Shown piece by piece: positions 59,050 through 64,000 of a stretch of DNA of 64,000 nucleotides (position 1 is the first letter of the stretch; each line of letters opens with the position of its first letter). This stretch comes from an uncultured Actinomycetota bacterium. Lineage in GTDB: Bacteria; Actinomycetota; Actinomycetes; CAVWCF01. Where the stretch lies: assembly GCA_963697565.1 (NCBI GenBank), contig CAVOOM010000009.1, positions 70,304-134,303 of the forward strand, in the 5' to 3' direction. The translations under genes and the position numbers were made by a program. The notes beneath the pieces were generated by a model. That model searched no databases. It saw only the letters and a program-made list of their open reading frames with translations, and had not been told where the DNA came from.

Positions 59050-60364
59050 GGCCGGCGGCGCCTCGGGCGTGATCGGCTCGGACCGCCTCGTCGAGCCGCC
59101 CGCGCAAGAAGGCCCGTTCCGCGTCGTTCGTCGCGGTGGCGAGAGCGCGCGTGTACTCAGCCGCGGCCTCGTCGACGCGCCCCAGCCGGACGAGCAGGTC
59201 GGCCCGGGCGGCGGGCACGTAGTGGTAGCCGTCGAGCGCGGGGTCGCCCGCGATCGCGTCCAAGGCCGACAACCCGGCCTGGGGGCCGTCGGCCATCCCC
59301 ACCGCGACCGCGCGGTTGACGGCCACGACCGGGCTGGGCCAGACCCGGAGCAGGCGGTTGTAGAGGGCGACCATCGCGGGCCAGTCGGTGTCCGTCCAGG
59401 CCGGCGACTCGGCGTGGACGGCCGCGATGCCCGCCTGCAGGAGGTATCGGCCGGCCGGGTGGCCGGGACCCGTGAGCCGGCCCGCCCGGGCGAGCAGGTC
59501 CAGTCCCTGCGCGATCTCCGCGCCGTCCCAGCGCGAGCGGTCCTGGTCGGCCAGCAGCACGAGGCCGCCCTGCACGTCGGTGCGGGCGGCGCTTCGCGCG
59601 TCGGTGAGCAGCAGCAGGGAGAGGAGGCCCAGGGCCTCCGACTCGTCGGGCATCAGCACGGCGAGGACCCGGGCCAGGTCGAGTGCCCGCGCGACCAGCT
59701 CGGGACGCAGCAGGCCGTCGCCGGCAGGGGCGGTATGGCCGGTGGTGAAGACCAGGTGGATCACCGCCAGCACCCCGTCGAGCCGGTCGGGGAGGTCGGC
59801 GTCCGGCGGCACGGCGTACGGGATCTTGGCCAGCGCGATCTTCTTCTTCGCCCGAGTGAGGCGCGCCGCCATCGTCGCCTCGCTGACGAGGAAGGCGCGC
59901 GCGATCTCCGGCGTGGTCAGCCCGCCCACCATCCGCAGCGTGAGGGCGACCCGGTTCTCCAGGGCCAGCGCCGGATGGCAGCACGTGAAGACGAGGCTCA
60001 GCCGGTCGTCGAGCACGGGGGCCTCCTCTTCTGCGTACGCAGCCTCGGGCTCGACCAGGGCTGGCAGCTTCCGGCGCAGCGTGGTGTCGCGGCGCAGGCG
60101 GTCGAGGACCTTGCGCTGCGCGGCGCGGGTCAGCCAGGCCCCGGGCTTGGCGGGGATGCCGCGTTCGCCCCAGGTCTCCAAGGCGGCCACGAAGGCGTCC
60201 TGGCCGGCCTCCTCGGCCAGGTGCAGGTCGCCCCCGGCGGCACGTGCCGCGGCTGCGAGGACCAGTGCCCACTCGGTGCGGTGGGCCGCGGCGACTGCCT
60301 CCCGCACCTCGGCGGGAGGCAGTCGCCCGGGGGAGCCGGCGCCTTCCAGGGGGTCAGTGCTCAA
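59046..60364 (-). pseudogene. ECF-type sigma-70 family factor with a long C-terminal helical-repeat domain (YciI-associated type); 3' end uncertain
   Basis: ORF 58784..60421. Sigma regions are [39 protein letters not shown] and [36 protein letters not shown]. After ...LRGRLDEAV the ORF runs on as Pro/Arg junk over the convergent gene. A TAG in the -1 frame at 59046-59048 suggests a 1-nt deletion. The start is set at a TTG near 60364. Confidence 0.7.
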
Positions 60365-60378
60365 GGCCCACGGGTTCG

Positions 60379-60744
60379 CTAGGCGCCGGAGGTGTCGATG
60401 ATCGGTCGCACCTCGACGCATCCCGAAGTCGGCAGGATGCGGGCGAAGCCGAGCGCCTGGTCGAGGTCGGCGCAGTCGATGACGTAGAAGCCGCCGAGCG
60501 CCTCCTTGGTCTCGGCGAACGGGCCGTCGGTGACGAGGGCCTCACCGCCGGGCACCGGGCGGACCGTGGTGGCCGCCAGCGTCGGGGCCAGCGCCTCGCC
60601 CCCGTGGATCGTGCCCCCGGCCGCGGTGACGGCGGCGGCGAACTCGCCGTGCCGCTGCATCATCTCCTGCCACGCCTCGGGGCTCGGGGGCTCCGCGCCG
60701 AACGCTGCCTCGTCGCCGTAGATCAGGTACATGTAGTGCGCCAT
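60379..60744 (-). CDS. YciI-family protein
   Basis: The last 121 codons of ORF 60379..62244 read [12 protein letters not shown]...[31 protein letters not shown]. Confidence 0.85.
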   Translation of the reverse strand: MAHYMYLIYGDEAAFGAEPPSPEAWQEMMQRHGEFAAAVTAAGGTIHGGEALAPTLAATTVRPVPGGEALVTDGPFAETKEALGGFYVIDCADLDQALGFARILPTSGCVEVRPIIDTSGA

Positions 60745-60845
60745 CGGGGTCTCCTCGCATCGGAGCGGATCGTGCCGGTCATCCACTCGACGAACAGGGT
60801 GCCCCCGAATCGACAGCCCCGCCAGGGTGAGTTCTGGCGGTGGTG

Positions 60846-62244
60846 TCAGACCAGCGGGGTGAAGCGCGCCTGGAAGAAGCGCAGGTGCTTGGGCTCGAAC
60901 GTCATCTCGAGGCCGCGGACCGCGTCGCGCCTGTCCCAGACGGCCAGCACGGCCTCGGCGGCCACGTCCATGTGCGCCTGGGTGTAGACCCGACGCGGCA
61001 ACGTCAGCCGCACGAGCTCCAGCCGTGGGTCGGTTGTGCTCGCCGGTCTCGGCGTTGCGGCCGGCCGAGACGATCCCGCGCTCCATCGACCGCACTCCGG
61101 CCTCCAGGTAGATCTCGCCCGCGAGGCGCTGTGCGGGGAACTCCTCCTGCGGCACCTGCGGCAGGAAGCGCGCCGCGTCGAGGAACACCGCGTGCCCCCC
61201 GATCGGCAGCACGATCGGCACGCCGCCGTCGCGGAGGGTGTTGCCGAGGTACTCGACCTGCCCGACCCGGGCCTGCAGGTGGTCCTCGTCGACGCTCTCG
61301 CGGATGCCGATCGACATGGCCTCCATGTCGCGCCCGGCCAGGCCCCCGTACGTGTCGAGCCCCTCGTAGACCACGCACAGGTTGCGGGCCTCCTCGAAGA
61401 CCTGCGGGTCGCGCAGGGCGAGGTAGCCGCCGATGTTGACGAGCGCGTCCTTCTTGCCGCTGAACCAGGCGCCGTCGGTGAGGTCGCAGATCTCGCGCAC
61501 GATCTGCCGCACCGGGGTGTCCTGGTAGCCGGCCTCGCGCTGCCGGACGAACCAGGCGTTCTCGGCGATGCGGGTCTTGTCGAGGTACAGCTTGATCCCG
61601 TACTCGTCGCACAGCGCCCGGACCGCACGGACGTTGGCGACGCTGACCGGCTGCCCGCCGGCCATGTTCACCGTGACGGCGAGCGAGACGTACGGGATGC
61701 GGTCGGCGCCGTGCTCGTCGAAGACGGCGCGCAGCTTGCCCAGGTCGACGTTGCCCTTGAACGGGCTCTCGTCGACCGGGTCGTGCGCCTCGTCGACGAT
61801 GACGTCGACGAAGCGCCCGCCGGCCAGCTCCTGGTGCAGCCGGGTGGTCGTGAAGTACATGTTGCCGGGGATCACGTCGCCGGGCTTGATGAGCACCTGG
61901 CTGATGATGTGCTCGGCGCCGCGGCCCTGGTGGGTGGGCACGACGTACGGGTAGCCGTAGACGTCCTGCACGGTCTGCTTGAGGTGGAAGAAGTTCTCGC
62001 TGCCCGCGTACGCCTCGTCGCCGAGCATGAGCCCGGCCCACTGCTCGGCCGACATCGCGTTGGTGCCGCTGTCGGTGAGCAGGTCGATGAACACGTCGCG
62101 GCTGCGCAGCTGGAAGGTGTTCCACCCCGCCTCGGCCAGCGCCGCCTCGCGCTCGGCCCGGGTGGTCCGGCGGATGTGCTCGACGGCCTTGATCTTGTAC
62201 GGCTCGGCCCACGAGTGGCGGCGGGCAGGCGCGGACTCGTTCAT
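60846..62244 (-). pseudogene. beta-eliminating lyase (tryptophanase / tyrosine phenol-lyase family, PLP); +1 frameshift near 61030 as sequenced
   Basis: ORF 60379..62244 carries the N-terminal part (SWAEPYKIKAVE, LTDSGTNAMS, and the PLP lysine in FSGKKDALVNIGG). The tail PRLELVRLTLPRRVYTQAHMDVAAEAV...FEPKHLRFFQARFTPLV lies in ORF 60846..61628. Confidence 0.85.
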
Positions 62245-62305
62245 GTGATCCTCCTGGTGCCGATCATGGCGGATCTACCTGGCCCGGACTGCGGGCGGCG
62301 CCCGG

Positions 62306-64000
<1,695 letters not shown>

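Overview
This is a very GC-rich (about 70 percent or more by eye), densely coding chromosomal segment with actinobacterial gene content. It looks Nocardioides/Propionibacteriales-like, but the taxon cannot be proven from sequence alone. I can support about 63 protein-coding loci and 3 tRNAs (Lys-CTT, His-GTG, Arg-TCT). I found no rRNA, CRISPR, transposase, integrase or phage genes.

Gene content in order:
- PFOR (nifJ) 3' end with an overlapping DHOD-like partner, then an orphan TrpB2.
- NAD-type formate dehydrogenase operon fdhD-fdsG-fdsB-fdsA, with an FdsD-like domain fused to FdsA.
- Oligoribonuclease and a beta-CASP MBL hydrolase.
- An Acg-type nitroreductase plus tandem USP (a dormancy-type pair), then a coiled-coil M15 cell-wall peptidase.
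- Reductive pyrimidine catabolism genes (beta-ureidopropionase, dihydropyrimidinase) next to an LLM/F420-type oxidoreductase instead of a dihydropyrimidine dehydrogenase.
- CGNR protein, SSB paralog, EttA, GlbO, MscS, prolyl oligopeptidase, HNH plus amidase, MalQ, PepN, RpiB and an Eis-like GNAT.
- The most unusual locus (45.8-52.9 kb, minus strand): acyl-AMP ligase, E1alpha, E1beta, E2 and a stand-alone ACP joined by start/stop overlaps. These are followed by a Rieske-type oxygenase that lacks its Rieske ligands and a bilin-reductase-like protein.
- Envelope and lipid genes (UPF0104/MprF-like, WS/DGAT, holin-like-AlkP fusion), YciI plus ECF sigma, tryptophanase/TPL and a UvrA paralog.

The dominant technical feature is about 28 single-nucleotide frameshifts interrupting about 21-22 otherwise well conserved genes. 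Most are +1 insertions in short G/C runs. This looks like indel sequencing or assembly error rather than genome decay. I list these loci as pseudogene, meaning disrupted as sequenced.

Starts, tRNA ends and frameshift points were derived by hand and may be off by a few nt.
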